A stretch of DNA of 64,000 bases from Podarcis melisellensis (Eukaryota): assembly GCA_964234715.1 (NCBI GenBank), contig OZ174276.1, one strand, 5' to 3'. Every line of letters starts with the position of its first letter. The first letter of the stretch is position 1. A program made the translations under genes and the position numbers. The notes beneath the pieces are model-generated. The model worked only from the letters and a program-made list of their open reading frames with translations. It did not search any database and was not told where the DNA came from. Positions 39,001 through 51,000 of this stretch are shown piece by piece.

Positions 39001-42000
39001 GGAACTGTTGATATATTTATTACTCTGTAGTGCTTCAGAAAGTTGGGAGCTTCAGTAATCAAGGTCTCCTTTATAACTCAGTTGGGAGTCTTCAAGGCAA
39101 GTCTAGTGTTTAAACAGACATGGGAGGACAGCAGTTTGAGTACAGTTGTACCTTGGAAGCTGAATGGAATACATTCCAGAAGTCCGTCCGATTTCCAAAA
39201 CGTTTGGAAACCAAATTGCAGCTTCTGATTGGCTGCAGCATTCAGAAGCCACGGAAGCCCCATCAGATGTTCAGGTTCCAAAAGAACGTTCGCAAACCGG
39301 AACTATCACTTCTGGGTTTGCGTTGTTCAGGAGCCAAAACGTACGAGTTCCAGGGCTGAATGGGGGATCTGCATTTTGAAACACTTCTTGGCTACCTTGA
39401 AGGGCCGCTTACAACCTGTTAAAGATACACCACCTCTTACTCTGTATTTGTGAATAGAAAATGTTAAGGTAGTTATTTCTTTGGCAACGAGTTCATTGAG
39501 CTGCCCTTGGTCCTATCCACTCCTGTGAGACGCAAGTGTCTGGCTGCCTTCTCTGTGAAGTGCCCTGATCCTTGATAAGAGCATGTAGAAAGATTGAGGG
39601 AGGAAAGGGGACAGAGGTGAAGGCCTGAGGAAAACGCTGTGAGAGGGTGGCTAGAAAACAAGGGTTGGAAGAAGGAACAGCCTGGTGGAATGAGGGCTAG
39701 TGGAAGAAGCCCAAAGCAATTCTGATGTTACTAGATGCTAAGCACTCTTGTGTGTCAACTATCTAACATACAGAATTGGAATGCATTGAATGTCAGATGA
39801 ATGAAACCCTTCCCCCCCCCCCCAAATTGTACTTGGGTCCCCTCTCTTACCTCATTCTTCCAGTTACTGAAGACCTAACAGGCTTTTATTTAATGTGTTC
39901 TGAGTACTGCAGACTTATGCAAGAATACTTGAGTACGTAAAATACTTATTGGAGCAAGTACGTTTCAGCTGTTGGCAGATCTAATTCAGCTTCATCTTAA
40001 GAAGTCTTTCTTCGCTGAAGTTGTGAAAGCAACTCAGCCCAAGGGCCAGGGGAGGCAATGGCATTTGGAATTAAATTGCATGTACACTGCACACCGTGAA
40101 CCTATGCTGAACGGGATGCACTTGGTCTAACGTAGCCGTTGCATGAATAAACCACCTTTTGTGTAATTGGTTTTAAGGCAAACATGTCTCAAGGGACAAC
40201 TGACAGAGCTCTGATTTTGTATTACTAAGTTAATAGCTTTTTGATTCTAGCTGATGAGCCGGATACCCAGTCATGGCGCAGTCCGCTGAAAGCAATTTCA
40301 GAGTTCTTTAAAGGTGACCCACAGGGTGAATCTAATGAGACAGGTTTGAACTTTTACTAACTAATTACCTGTGCCTCCAGCAAATCCTCTAAACTGTATA
40401 AAGTGCTGCTGTGAATGAGCTTAATTGAACTTCTCTGCTTAACTGCCGCTGTACTATTAATTCTCCACTGAGTTATCCTTTTTACTAAACCGTTCCTTGT
40501 TTGATTTATATGCACACTTACTATGGTCCTTGATCTAAATTGTAACTGCAGGCAGTTCTAATCATGTTTGCAACTAATCTTGTGAAATAGCTGCATGTGC
40601 AAATCCACATATCTTGATTTTCTGGGAATAGGTCCTTGGAGCTCTTCTTACCTTGAACTAGCCGATCATAACACTTGTTTGACAGCACCAAATTTTGTTG
40701 ACTGCGCTCAACCTCTCAATGTCATACTGAGGGGTAGAGCCTAAAGAAGGCAGGGTATTTTTTTTTTCATTCTGCACCAGTTTTCATATATTTATTCATA
40801 TGTCAGTTTGATCCCATTTCTACATTAATCTGCATTTTTAATATAAAAAAGCACGAACATTTGTATTCAAATACATATTGTCATAATAAATACTTTAAAA
40901 TGCATATTTTATCAGTTTCTCAACCTTTTAAATGCTAAAATATGCAGTTTAATTTTTTTACACATTTTGCTGTTTTTGAGAAGTGTATCGCAAAATTTGG
41001 AGAGCTGTTCTGATCTTTGTATTAATCTGGGAGGTGCAAATTGATTTGGTTTGCTCATCGATGCAGACCAAATAAATCTCTCCTCCATGCCTGGGTTATA
41101 ACGAAAGTTACTAACTATTCCTGACTAACACGCAGTACTGAATTGGATGTTGAGCCTAATCAGTAGTAGTGTTCAAATAAAAAAAGTCTTCCTTTTTCTG
41201 GAAGCTTATATTTAAATGTGCCCGATAACTGACCTAACCAGCTGTATAATTTTGGAACAATAAATCACTCCAACCCCTATTTGATGGGGGTTTCTTAGCT
41301 TACAGCCATTGGAGTTGAGCCAGCCAAGGAACTGCTAGTGATTTCACCTCTCTCTAATTGATGAGGTCACAGACTGGGAATGATAGGAATAAATTGGCTT
41401 ATCTGAACAGACCACAAAGCAGATGTCTCTGCAGATTTCCTGCAAAGCTTTAAATCAGCATTGTGTGTGTGTGTGTGTTGGTGCTCAAAGCGGCAAAAAT
41501 TGCTCGTGTGTCATTGAGGCCTTTGATGAGAGGGTGGCCAAAGGAATTGAAATGTGGTCTTTTTACTATTTAGGCTTGGCAGAACCTGTAAATATAGTTG
41601 ACAATGGTGATGGCACCCATACAGTAGCCTACACACCTACGAAAGAAGGTCCCTACACAGTTGCAGTAAAGTATGCAGATGAAGAGATTCCTCGCAGGTA
41701 AGAGTGGGGTGTAGGAAACAAAGCTTATTGTGCAAACTGCAGTGCTGTTGGCTGGCCTCCAAGTTTGAGGTGGGTTGCATTGTTGTTCATGAGCTTAGTC
41801 TTTGCACTTAGTTTTGGTAAAGAGGCTTTAAAGAAATGCTTCTACAGCAAGGACTTGGTTCCTCCTGGTGGTTGTCAGAGAGGGGGAAGAGGCTACAAAG
41901 TGCTGTGCATTTCCTTGAACTGTAGAATCTAGCAAACATTCTGTAACTATCCCAGTGTTTGCTTCTGCCAAGGACCATGTGCTGCTATTATTGCTTGAAT

Positions 42001-45000
42001 GCCAAAATAGGCTTCCGAGAAGATTTACAAAGCACCAAAACGAGTTACACAAGCATTAAAATGCAAGTGCCCGTCGCTGAAAGGCACAATGAAACAACAC
42101 AGCAATTAAAAACAGGGGTCAAAAGATCTCTAGGGAATGCCTGTGTAAACAATGGTGTCTGTCCCACTCTGTTCCCCAAATGTCTACTAGGTTTGTACAT
42201 ATAGTAATGAGTGGTTCCCTAACTCCTACATCAAAAAGGTTCAGTGACTAATCCAGTGTCTGGCCTTCGACAGTAATCTCGTACCTTTGTTTAACCTTCA
42301 TGCCGGTGAGGCATCTACTTACATAAACATTCATGATCTTCAGTGCTGAAATATGTCGCTCTGTTCTTTCAACAGCCCGTTCAAAGTTAAGGTGCTTCCA
42401 ACGTACGATGCCAGTAAAGTGACGGCGAGTGGGCCAGGGCTAAGCTCCCATGGGGTTCCTGCCAGCATGCCCACCGAGTTTGCTGTTGATGCTAGAGATG
42501 CAGGCCAGGGACTTCTCTCAGTGCATGTGACCGTAAGATACCATTTCTTCCTACTGCTGACCATTTAACACAGGAGCTGAATCTTCACACGCTGAACTCA
42601 AAGACCTCTGGTATTTTGAGTAGGAGAACTAGAATGTTTCCTTGTGGTGCACTGCTGAGCATCACTGGGGGTTCAACAGGGCAGATCTCCATTCAGCAGT
42701 GCCCTTAAAGCTTTCCTTTAAAAGTATCAGTTGGCAAACTTCGCTCGCTTTATATATCACCCAAATTTAGCAAGGCTACTGTGTGCCGACTATTTCTAGG
42801 CAAAGCTTGTGGCTCCTAATAGATAGAGGATGCCCTGGACATAGTACAGTGCTTTTTGATGTGAACTATTCCTAGCCTTTTCAGATCCCCATAAACTAGG
42901 CCAGTCTGCAGTTTTCACCATGAATGAACATAGACAAGGTTTTGTGGAAGAGCCAGTACATACTTCAGAGGTAATCATAGCTGTCCTGGGCTCTGTTTCA
43001 AGGCAGCTTTGTCATGAGCATTTGCAAAGACAAACCTTGGTTTCGAGGGATACTAGTTAACCCCCACAGCGCATTAAAGCTGTTAAAGCAAACAATTATG
43101 TATTGGCCAGAATAATGCATGGTGCCCCATTCCCCTGTCTAATAAGTAGTGCTATGAAAACTTGTTATAAAAAAATAATGGAAGAGTAGAGCTTGCATTT
43201 TACCCAGAGGACCTTTGACTTGCAGCTATTAGTCAAAAACTGCACAGATACAACACCTAAAAGCTGTCTGGTGGCATTATGATATGCAATAGTCTTGCAT
43301 TAGACTCCTGTTTCAGTATAAACCTAAGGTAAAGGTAAAGGACCCCTTCCCGTACTGGCCAGTCGTGTCCGACTCTAGGGTTGTGCGCCCATCTCACTTA
43401 AGAGGCCGGGGGCCAGCGCTGTCCGCAGACACTTCCGGGTCACGTGGCCAGCGTGACGAAGCTGCATCTGGCGAGCCAGCGCAGCACACGGAAACGCCGT
43501 TTACCTTCCCGCTAGTAAGCGGTCCCTATTTATCTACTTGCACCCAGGGGTGCTTTCGAACTGCTAGGTTGGCAGGCGCTGGGACCGAGCAACGGGAGCG
43601 CACCCCACCGCGGGGATTCGAACCGCCAACCTGACGATTGGCAAGTCCTTGGCGCTGAGGTTTTACCCACAGCGCCACCCGCGTCCCTGATAGTATAAAC
43701 CTAGACCATTCTTAATTGAGAAGAAACAGGTTAACAAAAATGACTGCTTCCAGTGTAACATGGAAAGTGTTTGCATTACCCACAGAAGCAAGCCAATTGC
43801 ACATTGCTCATCCAAAGCCTGTGATATTTCTTGCAGGATCCAGGCAATGTGGATATTTACTGCCAAGTCGTGTCCTAAGGATTTTTTCTTGTCACATGAT
43901 TGGCTTTTACAGACAGCAACAAATCACATTTGTTTGAACTTCCATGTCACCCTCAAACTGCCCTTTGATTGCTTAAATACCAGGTCCCCTTGAAAATAAA
44001 AAACAGCATGTTATAGAAACTGTCAAGTTCAGGGTAGATGTAAACCTGAACGTCTGCTGTTTTTAGAGCTTACGCTCTGCGTCTTTGTGATTGAGGCTTT
44101 CTTCCTGATTGTGGCTTCGCTTCTGGCATTCAGGACCAAGAAGGCAAACCAAAGAGGGTTGACGTCCAAGACAACCAAGATGGCACTTATGCAGTGACTT
44201 ACCTCCCTGACAAGACTGGTCGCTACTCAGTTGGCATTAAATACGGTGGGGATGATATCCCCCTTTCTCCATACCGAATTCGTGTGTCGCCAGCAGGAGA
44301 TGCTAGCAAGTGTCAGGCAACAGGTAAATTCGTTCTGTTTTCTCACTGTAAGCAAGTGTTTTATAAGAGTACCGGAGTCAGGCAAGCTATGCAAACTGCT
44401 CTCCTAAAAGCCTTTGTACAGATATATTGACGTGAAATGGGCTACCTGCCCTATATGATCAGCACACATACTTAAACAGTAACTTTTAAAATCTGCATTT
44501 TCCAAGATAGCATTTTGATGTACAGCCTTTAAACAAACAAAATGCTTTGCACTAGGTCTGACTTTTGGTTCATCTAGCTTAGTTTTGCCTTACACTGGCT
44601 GGCAGTGATTTCATGTAAAGGGCCTTCTCAGCCCTACCTGGAGATGCCAGGGATTGAACCTGAGCCCTTCTGCATGCAAAGCAGATGCTCTACCACTGAG
44701 CTGCACCCCTTCACCATGCACAGTGAATTCCCCTTGGTGATTGCAGCTTGATGCAAGAATAAGTTGAGCCCAAAAGTCTGCTGCAGAACTAGTTCAAAGT
44801 GGAGCCTGTGGCCAGATGCCAACCGTGGGCCCCCAATAGGCATCTTTCAAGCACAAAGAATGTGGAAGTGATGGTAATCATGCCAGTCTCTTAGGAAAGC
44901 ATCCATTACAGCCTGAAGCAAAGCTCTAATGCTAGAGCCTAGGGTTGACTGCAGGGAAAGACCATGTTTGCACCAAAGGAGTGACTGCACTGTTGCCTTG

Positions 45001-48000
45001 ATCCACAGCGGTCCGTTTCTGGTAGGGTGTATGTCGTGACATTTTCTGGTTGTTTAAAGGCATTAAGGGGGCACAGTGGGCTTCAAGGGAAAGAGCAGCT
45101 GTCTCTACTGCAATAACCACCTACTTCTTTTCACACTCCCCAACTTACAACCAGCAACCTGTCGTTTGAAAGCTGACACAAGGATCATGCTTTCTGCATG
45201 AATATAGCTTTGTGTTGCTCATGCCGATGGCAAGTCATGCAGGGCTCCTTTAAAGTTAAGCCAAACTACTTTAGTGTTCACAAACTTACAGACCTCTCCT
45301 TATCAAAGTATGCTGTGGTACCCTGATAAAAATTCTCATCTGTAAAACATTGCTGTCTTGTGTGAAAAATGCTTTTGATGTGTTACAAGTGCCAGATAAA
45401 GGAGAAATGGATCTGGAGGTGCAAATGAATCTCTTCCCCACTAATCCACCTCCACATGCACCCAGGGGACCTTGTGCTACAGCTGGGGTGGTTTGCAAAG
45501 GTTTCATGACAAAAGCCTGGTTTAGGCTTGCTTGTCTGCAAAAGTTTGGATTAACTTGCTGGGTGTTTCATAATGCAGGTGTCTAAAAGGAAACTGCACA
45601 GAACTTTCTTGGCAGAAGATATGAGAATCTGCTCTGATGCTCACCATACCATTTATCTCCTAGGTCCTGGCATTGCAGACACAGTGAAGTCAGGAGAGGA
45701 AGTTGGCTTTGTGGTTGATGCTAAATCTGCAGGCAAGGGCAAAGTGACGTGCACTGTCCTGACACCAGAGGGTACAGAAGTCGAAGCAGAAGTAATTGAA
45801 AACGAGGATGGAACATACGACATCTATTACACAGCTGCTAAACCAGGAACCTATGTAATTCATGTCCGCTTCGGTGGCGTGGACATTCCAAACAGCCCCT
45901 TCACCGTCATGGTAAGATACCTGGCTTTTGGTTTCGAAACCCTTTGCGTGAACTTAAGAGTAGAGTGAGCATGTTAGCTTTAATAAGTCACATGAAGTTT
46001 GACACAGTCGTTTGCAGCCTGTTAGTCCAATCCTTATCAAGAGTAATGAGAAGAAAGTTCTGTTGAGTTCCGTAGGACAAACCCACAGGTAAGTGGCGCT
46101 AGGATTGCAGCCTAAATTAGCATTTGGAGTGAGCTGAGTGTTTTGCCTATGTGGTTCTTGTGGACAAAGCACTGTTTTTTCGGCTATGAGAAATACTACT
46201 GCACAAAACCCTAGTGTCGGATGCCATTCTTCAGATCTGCTGTTGTACCACTTTCCCCTTGTTCAGGGCTCTTCAGCATTGTGGTCCCAGCTAGTTGGGA
46301 ACTGTGAGCAAGAAGTCAGCCCAACGCATAGTGCGTGCGCAAGAATGGAGTTCCGTCACAAAGGGCTTTGGGGCACATTCTCGTTTCATGTGGAAGAGAG
46401 GGAAGGTGGCTAGCTTGGAAGTGCCATGCAACCCTTGAGTTCTGCTTCTGGTGTAGCTGCTTTCACCTCTCCCACACTGTGCGTGCCACAGAACCCTATG
46501 CATATGTACCTCTAAGTTGCGATGTTTTTAATAAGCTCTATGAATGAAGAGGGTTTTTAAAACTATACCTTGCCTTTTGCCACTAACTAGGCTACAGATG
46601 CAGATGAAGTTGCAGTGTTGTCTCAGGAGCCACTAAATGCAGCATGTCCCCCTGGATTCCATCCCTGGGTACCTAGTTTTGTTTTTTTACACTGTCTTCT
46701 GTGTTCCATGCAAGAGTTGACATCCTGCCTCTTGGGTCTGTTTAAGCTTGCTTTCTTGTCATATCTTACTGGTGATCAAAAAGCTACTTTGGGGCAACTT
46801 GGGTTTGATTCAGAACCTTCCTTCATATATATTTATATATATATATATTTAACAACTCTTAACATCACAATCATTTTAAACAGTGCATCTGTGGTACTTT
46901 GTCCTTAGGGAGCTATTTTCTTCTTGACTTCAGATGGTGAACGGCTTCTTCCTAGAGTATTGTCACTGACCATTTTGCTCTGGCTTTATGTTTTGGTTTC
47001 TCTTCTGCTTTTTTAAAAAACACAACTTTCTTCCAGACCATAGCCAGCTTCAGTGTTCCTTTGGACGGAGCTATCCTTGCATCTTTTACTCTTCCATTTT
47101 GTATGTTTTTAAAACTCTCTTCTGAATGTTTTTCATGTAAAACAATGAATGGGAGCAAAGCTTTGTGTGGTGGTCAAAAGTCTGCAGTTGAGTGGTGTCT
47201 TCATTCTGGATGCAACTGTCTGGACTGACCAAAAATAGCTAAGCAAACTGTTTTGTGCTAGAACTCCTAAAATGACAATAACTTTTTCTCCACAATAGGT
47301 CACGGAAGAAGCTTATGTTCCTGATGGTGACATGAATGGTCTTGGGTTTAAGCCCTTTGATATGGTCATTCCTTTCGCAGTAAGAAAAGGAGAAATAACT
47401 GGTAAACAAGCTTTCAGCACACAGTTGATCACTCTCTTTAAAGCAGTGGTGAGGACCCTGTGGCCCGCCAGATGTTGGGCTCTTAACTCCCACAGTCCCT
47501 GACAGCTGGTTGGGGCTGATGTAGGTTAGAGGCAGCATCTGGAGAGCCACAGAGTCTCCATCCCTTAGTTAATGTCAAGGAAAATGCCTTGCCCCCACCT
47601 GTCTTATGAGTGCCCCTTGCATGGCTCAGTAGTTTAGCTTTGTAATACATTGTAGTAGAAGCATAGATTTCACCCTGCAAGATAATCTTTCAAAAAGATT
47701 GTGCTATTGTTTGGCCTTAGCAGAGCTGGGAGGAGATAAAAATGAAGCCCTCCTAGAGTAGCCATGATTGTCCTGTCCTTGTTACCCACTGCACAAGTCT
47801 ATTTAATCTGCTCTTAAGCATCATCCAGAGCAACAGCTCTTCATTGGGGCCTTCAATTATTATTTCTTCTTCTTATTTATTGAATTTCTATATTGCCCTT
47901 CATCCGAGGATCATGGAGCGGTTCACAATATAAAAACACAAAAATACATACCATAACAATTATCATTATTGTTATTTATTGAATCTGTATACCACCCTTC

Positions 48001-51000
48001 ACCCGTAGATCTCAGGGCTGTTCACAACAAAAACAAGAAAAAGCCTTGCACAAAATGCTAAAACCAAAGCGCCTGAAAATAATATCCCACCCCTACACTG
48101 TTAAAAAGGCCATAGATTGTTTAATTAGCCAAAGGTCTGGTGGAAGAGGAACATTTTTGCCTGGTGCCTAAAGGTGTTACAATGAAGGTGCCAGGCGAAC
48201 CTCCCTGGGGAGAGCATTCCACAAGTGGGAAGCCACTGCAGAAAAGACCTTTCTCATGTTGCTGCCCTCCAGATCTCTTATGGAGGAGCCTCACAGAGGA
48301 GGTCCTTTGATCATGATTGCAAGGTCCGAGTAGGTTCATATGGGGAAAGGCTGTCCTTGAGGTATTGCGGTCCTGAGCTTGAAAACAGTCAGCTTTGGCA
48401 GGCCATGGCAAACTCTATAGAGAGTTGTAGATGCCACCAGACCTTGATGGCTTGATGGATTTTGTCTGTCTAAGCCCAACCTTCAAGGACACGACTTGCG
48501 TTAAAAAATATTAGCGTGTTATACTCTGGTTGTTATCAGAAGAATAAATGGATCTCCAAGCCTTAATGCAGGAGAATTTTTGTAAGTGCTTTCAAAGAAA
48601 TGCAGGGAAACCTTTGCAACTTTGTATAACCTCCCCCTCCCCTGTTTATATGAGTGAAAGGAAGGGCCCCAATACCATGCGGATTTGAGTGTGAAAACAC
48701 TAAAACACATGGCTTTGCTTTTTGAAGTATTGTGCAGTTTGAGTTCAGTTTGAGCCTTGCGTTTTCAGGGGAAGTTCACATGCCCTCGGGGAAGACTGCA
48801 CCAGCAGATATTGTTGATAACAAGGATGGCACTGTAACCGTCAGCTATGCCCCTGTTGAGGTTGGATTGCATGAAATGCATATCAAATACATGGGCAGTC
48901 ATATTCCAGGTGAGTGCCAGCTGATCTCAAATCAGCACTACGTTATGTTACAAGAACTCAGCTGTTGTTGATTTGCTCCATTTGCCGTTGTTGAGGGCTT
49001 CATTTATTCACACTTTTTCTTCAATTGTGGACACTTCAGTCCTATGAGTTGCCTTGGTCTAGGGTTGTATTGCATGCCTCGTATGATGATGGCAGCTGAG
49101 TGAAGGCAGGAGGAGTTTTTAGTGGGTTTACAGCCTGTGCCAGACTTAAAACAGATTTGGCTTTTGTGGACAGAGTTTTGTGGCCATACTTTTGCAGTTA
49201 GCTTGGAACTTATAATTAACTTATTTTAGTGAAGAGGTACTACAACTAGAATTGAGAAAAAGTTTTGAAATGCATGTGTAAAATATTAGGCCTCCTTTGC
49301 TTAAACTATAATCTGTGGAAAGGATCAAGCTATAAAGAGCTCAGCCCAATTTCCTAGTGAAGTACTTACGCTGCCAGTTTTGACTGCCTGCGCCACTTTT
49401 GCTGGCTGACTCACATGCATCGTCTTCATTGAGAAGTTGTAAAAATGAAAGCTGAATACAATCCATCTGGCCTTCCCCCCTCCCCAGCCTCCTCTCTTAA
49501 GCCAACACTATTAGCTAGCTTAAGGTTTACTACTTGGCAAGAATTTTCAATTAATTTTATCTGGGAAAATGGACAAATCCCTGGTAGTTCAGCTTTTGCA
49601 TACATATTCTCCTGGCTTACTGGGATTGATACAACCAAGAATTCTGCATGGATATTTTTCCTCTTTGGCATGCTGGTGCTTCGGGGGTCACACTCAGTGC
49701 CTTTCCGCACCTGTAGTGCCGCTGCTCAAATAATTTTTATTACATCACTTAGAGTTTTGTGACTAAGCAGCTTTCTAAATAAATAAAACAGAAAGCGATG
49801 GGTGTCCAGTTCCATACTACCTGTGTGTACAGCTCCCTATCTACTCTTGGAAGCGGCATTGCAGGTTTCTGCCCATGTCAAAAGGGGCTTTTTGTCCCTT
49901 GAACTGGGGCACATCCAGACAAACAGGAGCCGGCTCATAGCTTTTGGGGACAGGGACACATTCAGCTATTTCAGCTTTGAAGCCTGTGGCAGAGCTAGAA
50001 ATAGAAGCGCCAGTTAAGTCCCAGCCACAAGAACAGTCTCTGCATAAATCTGGACGTTTTTTATTATAAAAAAAATAGTATTGGCTTTTTTATGTGCTCC
50101 GTGATGATTGGTTTAGTGAATCTCTGGCAAACTCAAACTTCACTGGCAACAACCAGTTGATAAATTTGTAAGGAATAGGATCCTTTACATGGGCATGACT
50201 GAGGACATGCTCTTTTCTTGCTGGTAGAAAGCAACTGCATGGGATGGTTGGAGTTCCTGCTGTGTGGGTGTATAAACTGGGAGGTGTAAGGCAAAGTCCT
50301 GTGGGAGGCTTTGATGGTTGGGTGCTGCATATGTTCATTATTTGCAGTAGCAGGCTTTCTAGAGTGCTCTAGTACACTTTGGGGCGGTGAATAAATGTGA
50401 AACCTAAATGGAAACCAGTGAAACACTGAAATCAGAGGAGGATAAAGTTACTGGAACTGAGCAGGATGCTTGAAAACTTTCGTAAATGCTCATGATTGAC
50501 AGTGGATCTAGCATTTAATTTCTTGCAAGGCTCTCCAGCATCAGAGGCATCATGCCTCCATATATGAATGGCTGGACAACTGCAGCACAAGAGAGCGATT
50601 GCCCCATGTCCTCCTGCTTGTGGGTTTCCTAGATAAGCATCTGGTTAGCCACTGTGGCAAAAGGATGCTGGAGTAGATAGTTCTTGGTCTTATATAACAG
50701 AGGTCTTAATGCGTAGCATTCTCTGTCATACGGAAGGGAATATAGGGAAGAACTGAAAATAAATTCTGTGCGTGCAAGCTTAAGGCGTATTAAATTGCTG
50801 AGTAAACACACAAACCTATATTCGTTCTCTTTGGAGAGATGTACAGAAAGATGTTAAAATAATTTAAATATCCTATCTGAAGTGTGTTTATGCATAGTTA
50901 TTCAACCTTTGCAGAGAGCCCTCTACAGTTCTATGTGAACTATCCCAACAGTGGAAACGTAACTGCCTATGGACCTGGCCTTGTCTATGGTGTAGCAAAC

